DNA of 54,505 bases from Pseudomonadota bacterium. Its GTDB lineage: Bacteria > Pseudomonadota > Gammaproteobacteria > GCA-001735895. The notes below the pieces were generated by a model. The model ran no database searches and had not been told where the DNA came from. It saw only the letters and a program-made list of their open reading frames with translations. Shown here piece by piece: positions 45,146 to 53,247 of this stretch; position 1 is the first letter of the stretch, and each line of letters starts with the position of its first letter. Both the position numbers and the translations under genes were made by a program. The stretch covers positions 1-54,505 of the forward strand of contig JADFJT010000002.1 in NCBI GenBank assembly GCA_022566015.1. Direction: 5' to 3'.

Positions 45146-45877
45146 ATGAATATTTTAACTGATGAAGTAATTTACCAGGTAAATGGCCTTACCCATCGTG
45201 GCTTCGTCGCTTTCAATGATCTGACCAGTCCTCCCAGGCCGGGAATTCTACTGATTCACGAATGGTGGGGTTTGAATGACTATATGAGAAGCCGTGCAGA
45301 AAAGATTGCCGAGCTCGGATATGTCGCGCTCGCTATCGATATGTATGGAGAGGGAAAAGTGGCTGATGACGCTGATGAAGCGGCCAGCCTGATGAACTCG
45401 GTGTTAGCAGACATGGAAAGTGGAACCAGGGTTTTGCAGGCCGCGCATGAAGCCTTAGTTGACCAGCCGCAGGTCAATGAGAAATGGACTGCGGCAATCG
45501 GCTACTGTTTTGGCGGTGCGATGGCGCTACATATGGCGCGCACGGGAATGCCATTATTGGCAGTGGTCAGTTTTCACGGTGCATTGGGATCGTTCCACAG
45601 CGCAGAGCCTGGAAGTATCAAACCACGTGTACTGGTTTGCCATGGGGAAGTCGATTCGATGGTGACGATGGACGATCTCGCAGGATTTAAATCGGAAATG
45701 GATGCGGCTCAGGCCGATTACCAGGTTAATGTATATCCCGGCGCAAAACACGGATTTACCAGCGAAGCAGCCGACGGCAATAGCGAGAAATATGGGCTGG
45801 ATGTCGGATATAACGCGCGCGCAGACAATAAATCATGGGATGCGATGGAAGTACTGTTCGACAAAGTATTTTACTAG
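45146..45877 (+). CDS. dienelactone hydrolase family protein
   Basis: 243 aa. PGILLIHEWWGLNDY, the GYCFGG nucleophile elbow, and HGEVDSMV...GAKHGF. Confidence 0.8.
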   Translation: MNILTDEVIYQVNGLTHRGFVAFNDLTSPPRPGILLIHEWWGLNDYMRSRAEKIAELGYVALAIDMYGEGKVADDADEAASLMNSVLADMESGTRVLQAAHEALVDQPQVNEKWTAAIGYCFGGAMALHMARTGMPLLAVVSFHGALGSFHSAEPGSIKPRVLVCHGEVDSMVTMDDLAGFKSEMDAAQADYQVNVYPGAKHGFTSEAADGNSEKYGLDVGYNARADNKSWDAMEVLFDKVFY

Positions 45878-46052
45878 GGAAGCGCTGATCAAGTCATGAA
45901 CGAACATCTTTTGCCCAGCACATCAATTCGCTACGGTGTGAAACCTGGCAATAGCGGTGCCCATGTCTATTTAACCTGGGCCTGCGTTCCATACCTTGAT
46001 CCGGATCATTTTGAATCACAATCTGATTCGCCCAAACTTAATCAGAGGCTCC
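45878..46052 (+). mobile_element. MITE-like repeat, family 1, copy C (175 bp)
   Basis: Termini ggaagcgctgatcaagtc and aacttaatcagaggctcc. It is the shortest copy, lacking the central module. It begins directly after the dienelactone hydrolase stop and ends 22 nt before the pdxH ATG. Confidence 0.8.
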
Positions 46053-46074
46053 CTGGGGCTGTTTGAAACCGGCC

Positions 46075-46713
46075 ATGCTTGACCTCCGTGATCACCGCCG
46101 TAACTATGAAAGCCATAGTATTGATAGCGCTGACCTGCATGCCGATCCTGTGGAACAATTTGGTCGATGGCTACAGGATGCACTCGATCTTGGCGTGCTA
46201 GACGCTACCGCGATGACGCTGGCAACGTCTACCTTAGACGGCATACCATCGGCGCGCATTGTTTTGCTCAAGCACTTCGATAGTCAGGGTTTTTGCTGGT
46301 TCACCGATGCGCGCAGCCAGAAGGGGCAGGAGTTAGCCTCCAATCCCGAAGCTGCATTGTTATTCCACTGGCGCGATCTGAGCCGCCAAATTCGCGTTCA
46401 GGGCAGAGTCGAGAAGATGCCCGAAGACGCGGCTGAAAGTTATTTTCACAGCAGGCCAGATGGCAGTCGTTTTAGTGCGGCGGCGTCGCAGCAGTCTGCC
46501 CCGATAGCGAATCGTGAGGCGCTCGAATTAAAGGTAAAGCAACTACAGGATCAGTATCCCGCGGGCAATGTACCAAGGCCCAGGGACTGGATTGGTTATC
46601 GACTGAAACCGGCCCGCTTCGAGTTTTGGCAGGGGTTGTCAAATCGCTTGCACGACCGCCTGGTTTACCGGCCGCAGGGTGATGGCTGGTCTATCGATCG
46701 AATACAACCCTGA
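46075..46713 (+). CDS. pdxH: pyridoxamine 5'-phosphate oxidase
   Basis: ATG 46075 (MLDLRDHRRNY) preferred to TTG 46063. Motifs: RIVLLKHFD..GF.WFT...S.KG.EL..NP.AALLFHW..L.RQIRVQG and the C-terminal EFWQG...RLHDRLVY. Confidence 0.9.
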   Translation: MLDLRDHRRNYESHSIDSADLHADPVEQFGRWLQDALDLGVLDATAMTLATSTLDGIPSARIVLLKHFDSQGFCWFTDARSQKGQELASNPEAALLFHWRDLSRQIRVQGRVEKMPEDAAESYFHSRPDGSRFSAAASQQSAPIANREALELKVKQLQDQYPAGNVPRPRDWIGYRLKPARFEFWQGLSNRLHDRLVYRPQGDGWSIDRIQP

Positions 46714-46821
46714 CCCATGCAGGTTCCAGTATTCATTTCCTTTGTGCAGCCCTGGTAGCGTGGGGATATGGCGGCTGAAAAGCAGGACCTTCAACCACCA
46801 AATGATTAATTAGAGTGAACT

Positions 46822-47856
46822 ATGTCGAGTGACAAAAAGAGGTTATCGCTTCGGGAAGTCGAGGATTTAACGCGACGAGCGCTTCGAGCCTGTGGTGCCA
46901 ACGGCCAACAACTTGAACTGGGTGTGCAAGCGGTGGTCGATGCCGAATGCGATGGCATACAGACTGTTGGCCTGGGGTATCTGCCACTTTATTGCGGCCA
47001 TCTTCAGGTTGGGAAACTCAAGGGCGATGCGATGCCCTGGCACGAAAAAATCGCGCCATCGGTGATTCGTTCAAACGCCGATACAGGCTTTGCCCATGCT
47101 GCCTATGCTGAAGTCGAAAACGATTTTTACGCGCTTGCGCAGCGACAGGGGATCGCCTGCCTGTCGATTGTCGACTCGTATTCGGCGGGTGTAGTCGGCT
47201 GGTTCGTCGCGCGTATGGCCCGACAGGGCTTGATCGGCATTGGATTTGCCAATTCACCCTCGGCGGTTGCGCCTGCTCCAGAAGCGAGCCCGTTTTTTGG
47301 AACTAATCCGATCGCCTTTGCGGTGCCGAGAAAAGACCAACCGCCGATTATCGCCGATATGGCTACCAGCCAGGTAGCATTGGTGACGATTAAAAAACAC
47401 GCGGCGGAGGGAAAAGCTATCCCGCTCGGCTGGGGCTACGACAAGGAGGGGAAACCCACGACTAATGCCAGTGCGGTGATCGATGGCGGTGCGTTGGCAC
47501 CCGCCGGCGGATACAAGGGTATGCTGCTTGGGCTGTTGGTCGATGTGCTTGCGGGTGTGCTCAGCGGACCTAATTGCTCGTTTCAGGCGCCGGTATTTAA
47601 AAATAATACCGGTGGTGAACCAAGGGTTGGGCAGATGTTTATTGCCCTTTCGCCGTCCCAGTTTTCCGCTAACGGCAACGACCAGTTTTCCCCCCGGCTC
47701 GAAACTATGCTGTCGGCGCTGGCCAACGAACCGGGCGTGCGCCTGCCCGGAATCCGGCGTCATCAATTCAGGCAGGAAGCCGAACAAAATGGTGTGGAAG
47801 TTCCGCAGGAATTGATCGATCGTCTGGAAGTCTTTGCTTCGGGTGAGGCTGCTTAA
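46822..47856 (+). CDS. Ldh_2-family (malate/L-lactate dehydrogenase family 2) oxidoreductase
   Basis: 344 aa. Family members include ureidoglycolate, sulfolactate and pyrroline/piperideine-2-carboxylate reductases. Motifs: GTNPIAFAVP, GGYKG. The stop lies 7 nt before the hyuA start. Confidence 0.7.
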   Translation: MSSDKKRLSLREVEDLTRRALRACGANGQQLELGVQAVVDAECDGIQTVGLGYLPLYCGHLQVGKLKGDAMPWHEKIAPSVIRSNADTGFAHAAYAEVENDFYALAQRQGIACLSIVDSYSAGVVGWFVARMARQGLIGIGFANSPSAVAPAPEASPFFGTNPIAFAVPRKDQPPIIADMATSQVALVTIKKHAAEGKAIPLGWGYDKEGKPTTNASAVIDGGALAPAGGYKGMLLGLLVDVLAGVLSGPNCSFQAPVFKNNTGGEPRVGQMFIALSPSQFSANGNDQFSPRLETMLSALANEPGVRLPGIRRHQFRQEAEQNGVEVPQELIDRLEVFASGEAA

Positions 47857-47863
47857 GGGAGTC

Positions 47864-49969
47864 ATGAGCTACCAGGGACACCAGGTTCGTATCGGCGCCG
47901 ATATCGGAGGCACTTTTACCGACGTCGTGCTTGAGGCAGGGCCTATCCAGAAATCTGCCAAGGTCTTGACTAACCACGCTGAACCCGAGCAAGCCATCGT
48001 CGAGGGATTGGTCAAGGTAGCCGAGAAGGCGGGTATCGATATCGACCAGGTCGATCAGGTGATACACGGCACTACGCTCGCAACCAACGCGCTGATCGAA
48101 CATCGAGGCGCTAAGACAGCATTTATTACCACTCAGGGGTTTCGCGATGTGATCGAAATGCGTACCGAAGGTCGCTTCGAACAATATGACTTGAATCTAA
48201 TTCTGCCACCACCACTGATCTCGCGCGAACACCGCTATGTGGTAGCTGGACGAATCGCAGCCAGTGGCGATGAATTAATTGCGCTGGATGAATTGGCGCT
48301 CGAAGCCATCGCGCAAAAAATCAAGTCTTCGGATTATGAGAGCGTAGCGATTGGATTTATCCACTCCTACATGAATGGCACGCACGAACAACGCGCACGG
48401 GATATTATCGCAGATTATATACCCGGTGTGAGTGTATCGATTTCCAGCGAAGTATCGCCACAGATGCGCGAATTCGAACGATTCAATACGGTTTGCGCCA
48501 ACGCCTTTGTTAAACCGCTGATGGCTTCTTATCTGGAAAGACTGGTGGAATGCCTGGAGGTGGTCGGAGCGGACTGCCCGGTATTTATGATCCACTCTGG
48601 CGGCGGCCTGATTTCTATCGAAAGCGCAATCGAATTTCCGGTACGCCTGCTCGAATCCGGGCCGGCCGGGGGGGCGATTTATGCCGCTGACTTTGCTGCG
48701 CGCCATGGCCTCGATCGCGTACTTTCATTTGACATGGGAGGTACTACCGCGAAGATTTGTCTGATAGAGCAGCATACGCCGAAAACCGCGCGAAGTTTCG
48801 AAGTGGCGCGAACCTATCGTTTCAAAAAGGGATCCGGTATGCCGATCTCGATACCGGTGATCGAAATGGTCGAAATCGGGGCTGGAGGTGGTTCCATTGG
48901 CTGGGTCGATGCATTGCATCAAATCCGTGTCGGGCCCGAAAGTGCGGGTTCAGAGCCCGGCCCGGCCTGTTATGACCGTGGCGGAGAAAATCCGGCGGTG
49001 ACCGATGCCGATTTGTTGTTGGGTCGACTCGACGCCGATAATTTCGCTGGCGGTGATATCCCGCTGGTTACCGGTCGTTCGGTTAAGGCTCTCGAATGCG
49101 ACATCGGAAGCAAGCTCGATATGGATTCGGAAACTGCGGCCATCGGCATTTGTGAAGTGGTAGATGAAAATATGGCCAATGCGGCGCGGGTGCACGCGGT
49201 AGAAAGTGGCAAGGAACTCGGCGATTATACGATGATCGCATTCGGTGGTGCGGCACCGCTACACGCTAGCCGTCTATGCGAAAAACTAAATATCGATAGG
49301 CTGTTAATACCGCCTGGTGCCGGGGTTGGCTCTGCGATTGGATTTTTGCGCGCGCCGTTTGGGTTCGAGGCGGTGCGTGGTGCCTATCTAAAACTAAGCC
49401 AGTTCGACCCGGGTTGGACCAATAAATTAATTCAGGAACTCAGCAGCGAAGCAGAAAAATTTACTCGCGCAGGCGCGCCCGATGCCAGGCTCAAGCGCGA
49501 AATCAAGGCCTATATGCGATATCAGGGCCAGGGTTGGGAAATTGTCGTGGTGTTACCGAATCGGGATTTTGTTGCCGGCGACGAAGCCGAAATTCGGCGC
49601 CTGTTCGAAGTCGAATATATCCGTCTGTTTGGTCGTTCGCTAGAAGGCCTCGATATAGAAATTATGAATTGGTCGGTTCAATCCAGTTCCATTTTGCCTG
49701 CGGTTGAACCGGTAGCACCTGTATCATCGGAAACGTTGTTATCGCCTACGTCTAAACGTAGAATTTTCGATGCGCGTGAGCAGGCGTTTGTCGAAGCCGG
49801 GATATACGATCGAGAGTCGATGGCAGCAGGATCTAAGGTGGCAGGCCCCGCCATCATTGTTGAAAATGAAACTACCACGATTGTGAATAGCGCATTCGAA
49901 GCCATCATGCAAAGCGACCTATGCCTGCTGGTGCAACGAAAATCGAGGAAGACCAATGCAGCAGACTAG
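47864..49969 (+). CDS. hyuA: hydantoinase/oxoprolinase family, A subunit (ATP-dependent)
   Basis: Start trimmed to MSYQGHQVRIGADIGGTFTDVV at 47864 (AAGGGA upstream). 701 aa with the HyuA N-terminal ASKHA-type motif. Confidence 0.8.
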   Translation: MSYQGHQVRIGADIGGTFTDVVLEAGPIQKSAKVLTNHAEPEQAIVEGLVKVAEKAGIDIDQVDQVIHGTTLATNALIEHRGAKTAFITTQGFRDVIEMRTEGRFEQYDLNLILPPPLISREHRYVVAGRIAASGDELIALDELALEAIAQKIKSSDYESVAIGFIHSYMNGTHEQRARDIIADYIPGVSVSISSEVSPQMREFERFNTVCANAFVKPLMASYLERLVECLEVVGADCPVFMIHSGGGLISIESAIEFPVRLLESGPAGGAIYAADFAARHGLDRVLSFDMGGTTAKICLIEQHTPKTARSFEVARTYRFKKGSGMPISIPVIEMVEIGAGGGSIGWVDALHQIRVGPESAGSEPGPACYDRGGENPAVTDADLLLGRLDADNFAGGDIPLVTGRSVKALECDIGSKLDMDSETAAIGICEVVDENMANAARVHAVESGKELGDYTMIAFGGAAPLHASRLCEKLNIDRLLIPPGAGVGSAIGFLRAPFGFEAVRGAYLKLSQFDPGWTNKLIQELSSEAEKFTRAGAPDARLKREIKAYMRYQGQGWEIVVVLPNRDFVAGDEAEIRRLFEVEYIRLFGRSLEGLDIEIMNWSVQSSSILPAVEPVAPVSSETLLSPTSKRRIFDAREQAFVEAGIYDRESMAAGSKVAGPAIIVENETTTIVNSAFEAIMQSDLCLLVQRKSRKTNAAD

Positions 49970-51617
49970 TGGTTTAACCAGCGTACACATGCAAGTGATG
50001 TGGAATCGACTGATTTCGGTGGTCGAAGAGCAGGCACTGACCCTGTTGCGCACCGCATTTTCAACCTCGGTGCGCGAAGCGGGGGACCTGTCGGCTGGTG
50101 TATTCGATCAGGATGGAAAGATGATGGCGCAGGCGGTGACCGGCACACCCGGCCATGTCAATGCAATGGCCGTAGCGGTGGGAAATTTTATCGAAGATAT
50201 CGGCAAGGAAAATATATTCGAAGGCGATTCGTATATCACCAACGATCCGTGGAAAGGAACTGGCCATTTGCACGATTTTACCTTCGTCAATCCCTCGTTT
50301 CGAAACGGCAGACTAGTGGGTTATTTTGCCTCTACCGCGCACGTGGTCGATGTCGGTGGTAGGGGCTTCGGTCCCGATGCCAACGAAATCTACGAAGAAG
50401 GTATTTACATACCGATCATGAAATTTGCCGAGCGAGGTGAGGTCGATATGCGTCTAATCCATATCATTCGCCACAATGTACGCGAAGCCGACCAGGTCAT
50501 TGGCGATCTTTATTCCCTGGCCTCCTGCAACGACACCGGGCACCGGCGTTTGATGGACATGATGGATGAATTTAATCTGGACGATCTGTGCGACCTGCGT
50601 GATTTTATATTCAGCAATAGCTTGCGCGCGACACTCGAGCAATTGGAAAATTTACCGAGCGGTTCGTATCGTAATGAAATGACCGTCGATGGATACGACG
50701 CGCCGGTGACGATGAAGGTTCGGCTCGATGTGTCCAGCAAGCAAGTGTTAGCCGATTTCGAGGGGACTTCGGGTCTGAGCAAGAAAGGCATTAACGTACC
50801 GCTGGTTTATACTACCGCTTATGCCTGTTACGCGCTGAAATGCACGCTAGCACCAACGATTCCCAATAACCACGCATCGCTCCAACCGTTTAAGGTTATT
50901 GCGCCAGTGAATTGCATCCTCAATGCGGTACACCCTGCGCCGGTCGCAATTCGCCATGTGCTCGGACAGTTTTTACCCGATGTAGTATTCGGTGCATTGC
51001 ACAAAATGTTGCCCGACACCGTTCCGGCAGAAGGATCTAGTTCGTTGTGGAATGTTCAACTCGGTACGACGCCTGTCGAAGGCGCAATTCCCTCCGCGGG
51101 TGGGGGTTCGCAAAAGACACAGCTGTTGATGTTTAACTCGGGTGGGACCGGTGCGCGCCCGACGCTGGATGGATTGAGTGCCACCGCATTTCCATCGGGC
51201 GTACATACCATGTCATCCGAAGTGATCGAACAGATCGGACCCATTACAGTCTGGCGAAAGGAATTGCGCGAAGGTTCAGGTGGTGCCGGCACTCGGCGTG
51301 GCGGCCTCGGCCAGGTAATCGAAATATCGGCTAACCCAGGGCATCGAATTTATATTAATGCGATGTTCGACCGCTGTGAAAATCCGGCACGTGGACGCGA
51401 TGGTGGTCTAGCAGGCGCGCCCGGCAGTGTCAGCCTCGATGATGGCAGTCCAATGCAAAGCAAGGGCAGGCAATGGATACCGGACGGTAAACACCTGGTG
51501 TTAAAACTGCCCGGTGGTGGCGGTTACGGTGACCCAAAGAACCGGGATCGCGAGTTGGTCGAACAGGATGTTAGACGGGGTTATATTACTGAGCAGGAAG
51601 CCAGAGAAGATTATTGA
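49956..51617 (+). CDS. hyuB: hydantoinase/oxoprolinase family, B subunit
   Basis: 553 aa. MWNRLISVVEEQALTLLRTAFSTSVREAGDLSAGVFD is the canonical HyuB start. Overlaps hyuA by 14 nt. Confidence 0.8.
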   Translation: MQQTSGLTSVHMQVMWNRLISVVEEQALTLLRTAFSTSVREAGDLSAGVFDQDGKMMAQAVTGTPGHVNAMAVAVGNFIEDIGKENIFEGDSYITNDPWKGTGHLHDFTFVNPSFRNGRLVGYFASTAHVVDVGGRGFGPDANEIYEEGIYIPIMKFAERGEVDMRLIHIIRHNVREADQVIGDLYSLASCNDTGHRRLMDMMDEFNLDDLCDLRDFIFSNSLRATLEQLENLPSGSYRNEMTVDGYDAPVTMKVRLDVSSKQVLADFEGTSGLSKKGINVPLVYTTAYACYALKCTLAPTIPNNHASLQPFKVIAPVNCILNAVHPAPVAIRHVLGQFLPDVVFGALHKMLPDTVPAEGSSSLWNVQLGTTPVEGAIPSAGGGSQKTQLLMFNSGGTGARPTLDGLSATAFPSGVHTMSSEVIEQIGPITVWRKELREGSGGAGTRRGGLGQVIEISANPGHRIYINAMFDRCENPARGRDGGLAGAPGSVSLDDGSPMQSKGRQWIPDGKHLVLKLPGGGGYGDPKNRDRELVEQDVRRGYITEQEAREDY

Positions 51618-51635
51618 CAGCCGATATATCCACTT

Positions 51636-51769
51636 TCATTCCGGTATACCTTTATTCGAAACCCGACACAACCCGTCATTCCGGTACGCTTTTAACCGGA
51701 ATCTACCAACGATTACTATGCTGGTAACAGATTCCCGTTTTCACGGCGATCCGACGTACCGGAATGATG
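51636..51769. repeat. cluster of short GTCATTCCGG-type palindromic repeats
   Basis: tcattccggta at 51636-51646 and 51676-51686. The inverted cgtaccggaatga at 51755-51767 is a 13-bp perfect complement of 51676-51688. Local hairpin attccggt-N9-accggaat at 51678-51702. Related units at 28250-28275 and 44242-44278 (inverted). Confidence 0.7.
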
Positions 51770-51792
51770 AATTGCGCATTTTCAAAGTTACC

Positions 51793-52137
51793 CTAGGCTA
51801 CGCTGCCAAATGATTTGTCTATTGCCCCGGCAGGTACTTCCAGGCCAGCGAGCTTACAGCCGCCCGCTATAGGCCCTGAGGGTACCAGTCGGTGCAGGAA
51901 TTTTATACCGCCCTGCGCATGGAATTTTTCGTTCAGGGCGTCTTTTACCTGGCGCAAATTCGGGTGTTCTACTTTCGAATAGTACTCTTGCAGGGCGTTG
52001 ATCAACTGCCAATGGTCGTCACTCATGCTAATGCCGTCTGCTTTGGCGATCGCTTCGGTATTTTCCATTGACCAGCCATCCGGTGCATTGCGGAAGTATT
52101 CGTTCGAAAGGCCCATATCGTGTCTCCAATTAATCAA
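51793..52137 (-). CDS. DsrC/TusE-family protein lacking the C-terminal cysteine
   Basis: 114 aa, start uncertain (M1 or M8). Colinear with TusE/DsrC: GISMSDDHWQLINALQEYY...P.LRQV...KF...GGIKFLHRLVPSGP...CKLAGLEVP. It ends PAGAIDKSFGSVA instead of P.GC[VI]. Confidence 0.7.
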   Translation of the reverse strand: MINWRHDMGLSNEYFRNAPDGWSMENTEAIAKADGISMSDDHWQLINALQEYYSKVEHPNLRQVKDALNEKFHAQGGIKFLHRLVPSGPIAGGCKLAGLEVPAGAIDKSFGSVA

Positions 52138-52165
52138 TCGAATCTATACCCGTGGAGCGCATAAA

Positions 52166-53020
52166 TCAAATCGCGGTGTCGCGCGCATGTTCCAGGTAAA
52201 TTTTGAGAAGCATTTTGAAAATCGGCCCAGGTGTACCAGAACCAATGATCTGATTATCGATCTGCACCACTGGCAGCAGGTAACTGGAAGCACTACTGAT
52301 AAATGCTTCGTCAGCCTTGAGTGCATCCTCAAGCAGATACCGGGTTTCGACCAACCGGATACCGTGAGTATTACAAAGCGCAATCACGGATTTGCGGGTA
52401 ATTCCCGCCAGTATTTCGTTACTCAATGGTCGCGTCAGTAACAAATCGTCTTTGACAATAAAAAAACTGGTCGCACCGCACTCGGTTATATATCCATCGG
52501 AATCGATCATCAGGGCTTCGTAGGCACCCGAATCGCTAGCGGCTTTTTTAGCCAGCACCTGCCCCAGCAGATTCACCGACTTTATATCGCGACGTGCCCA
52601 GCGAATGTCATCGACACTTTTCAGGCGCACACCTGTGATGGCAGCTTCATTTTCGGCCGGCATTTTGGCTTGTGTAAACATTAACACCGTGGGTTTTAAT
52701 TCGCCCTGCCAGACGAAATCTCGATCCGCTTCACCCCGGGTCACCTGCATGTAAACCAGGCCTTCGGTGAGCTCGTTGAGCATTACCAGTTTGCGAAACG
52801 CGGTTAGTATTTCGTTGCTATTAAGCGGGGCAGGAATTTCCAGCTTGTCTAGCGAATGATGGTAACGCTGCATATGCGATTCGAAATCGATCAACTTGCC
52901 GTCGATCACACCGGCAACTTCGTAAATAGCATCACCAAACAGTACTGCACGGTCAAAGATTGATATTTTGGCTTCATCTTCCGGCAGATAATTGCCGTTT
53001 AAATAGACGATTCGATTCAT
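52166..53020 (-). CDS. class IV (fold-type IV) aminotransferase, D-amino-acid/branched-chain type
   Basis: 284 aa. MNRIVYLNGNYLPEDEAKISIFDRAVLFGDAIYEV is the classic class IV N-terminus. ITECGATSFF and GITR are also present. Confidence 0.8.
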   Translation of the reverse strand: MNRIVYLNGNYLPEDEAKISIFDRAVLFGDAIYEVAGVIDGKLIDFESHMQRYHHSLDKLEIPAPLNSNEILTAFRKLVMLNELTEGLVYMQVTRGEADRDFVWQGELKPTVLMFTQAKMPAENEAAITGVRLKSVDDIRWARRDIKSVNLLGQVLAKKAASDSGAYEALMIDSDGYITECGATSFFIVKDDLLLTRPLSNEILAGITRKSVIALCNTHGIRLVETRYLLEDALKADEAFISSASSYLLPVVQIDNQIIGSGTPGPIFKMLLKIYLEHARDTAI

Positions 53021-53247
53021 AGAATAATATACTGTCTGGATAAGCTAGCAATTTACCTGAATTAATAATCAACTACAATTTTCAAACTGGTTAACTCGCT
53101 GAATGCGCCTAATGAACCCAGTACCAGGTACCTGATCCGAGGGTGCAAGCTGAATGAGACCTCCAGGTACGATCAACGGTAACTGGTGGTTATTGCTAGC
53201 AAAAGCTATTATGTGAGAATGAGCCCATTCGCTACAAATTCGTTCCT

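Noticed and set aside
47254-47865. 203-aa minus-strand ORF, plus several other long antisense ORFs (e.g. 4199..4765, 5435..5869, 14111..14530, 15875..16327)
   Set aside because: All lie opposite strongly supported genes (Ldh_2, bhcD, bhcC, soxA, soxB). Their composition is Arg/Ser/Pro-rich, which is typical of antisense frames.
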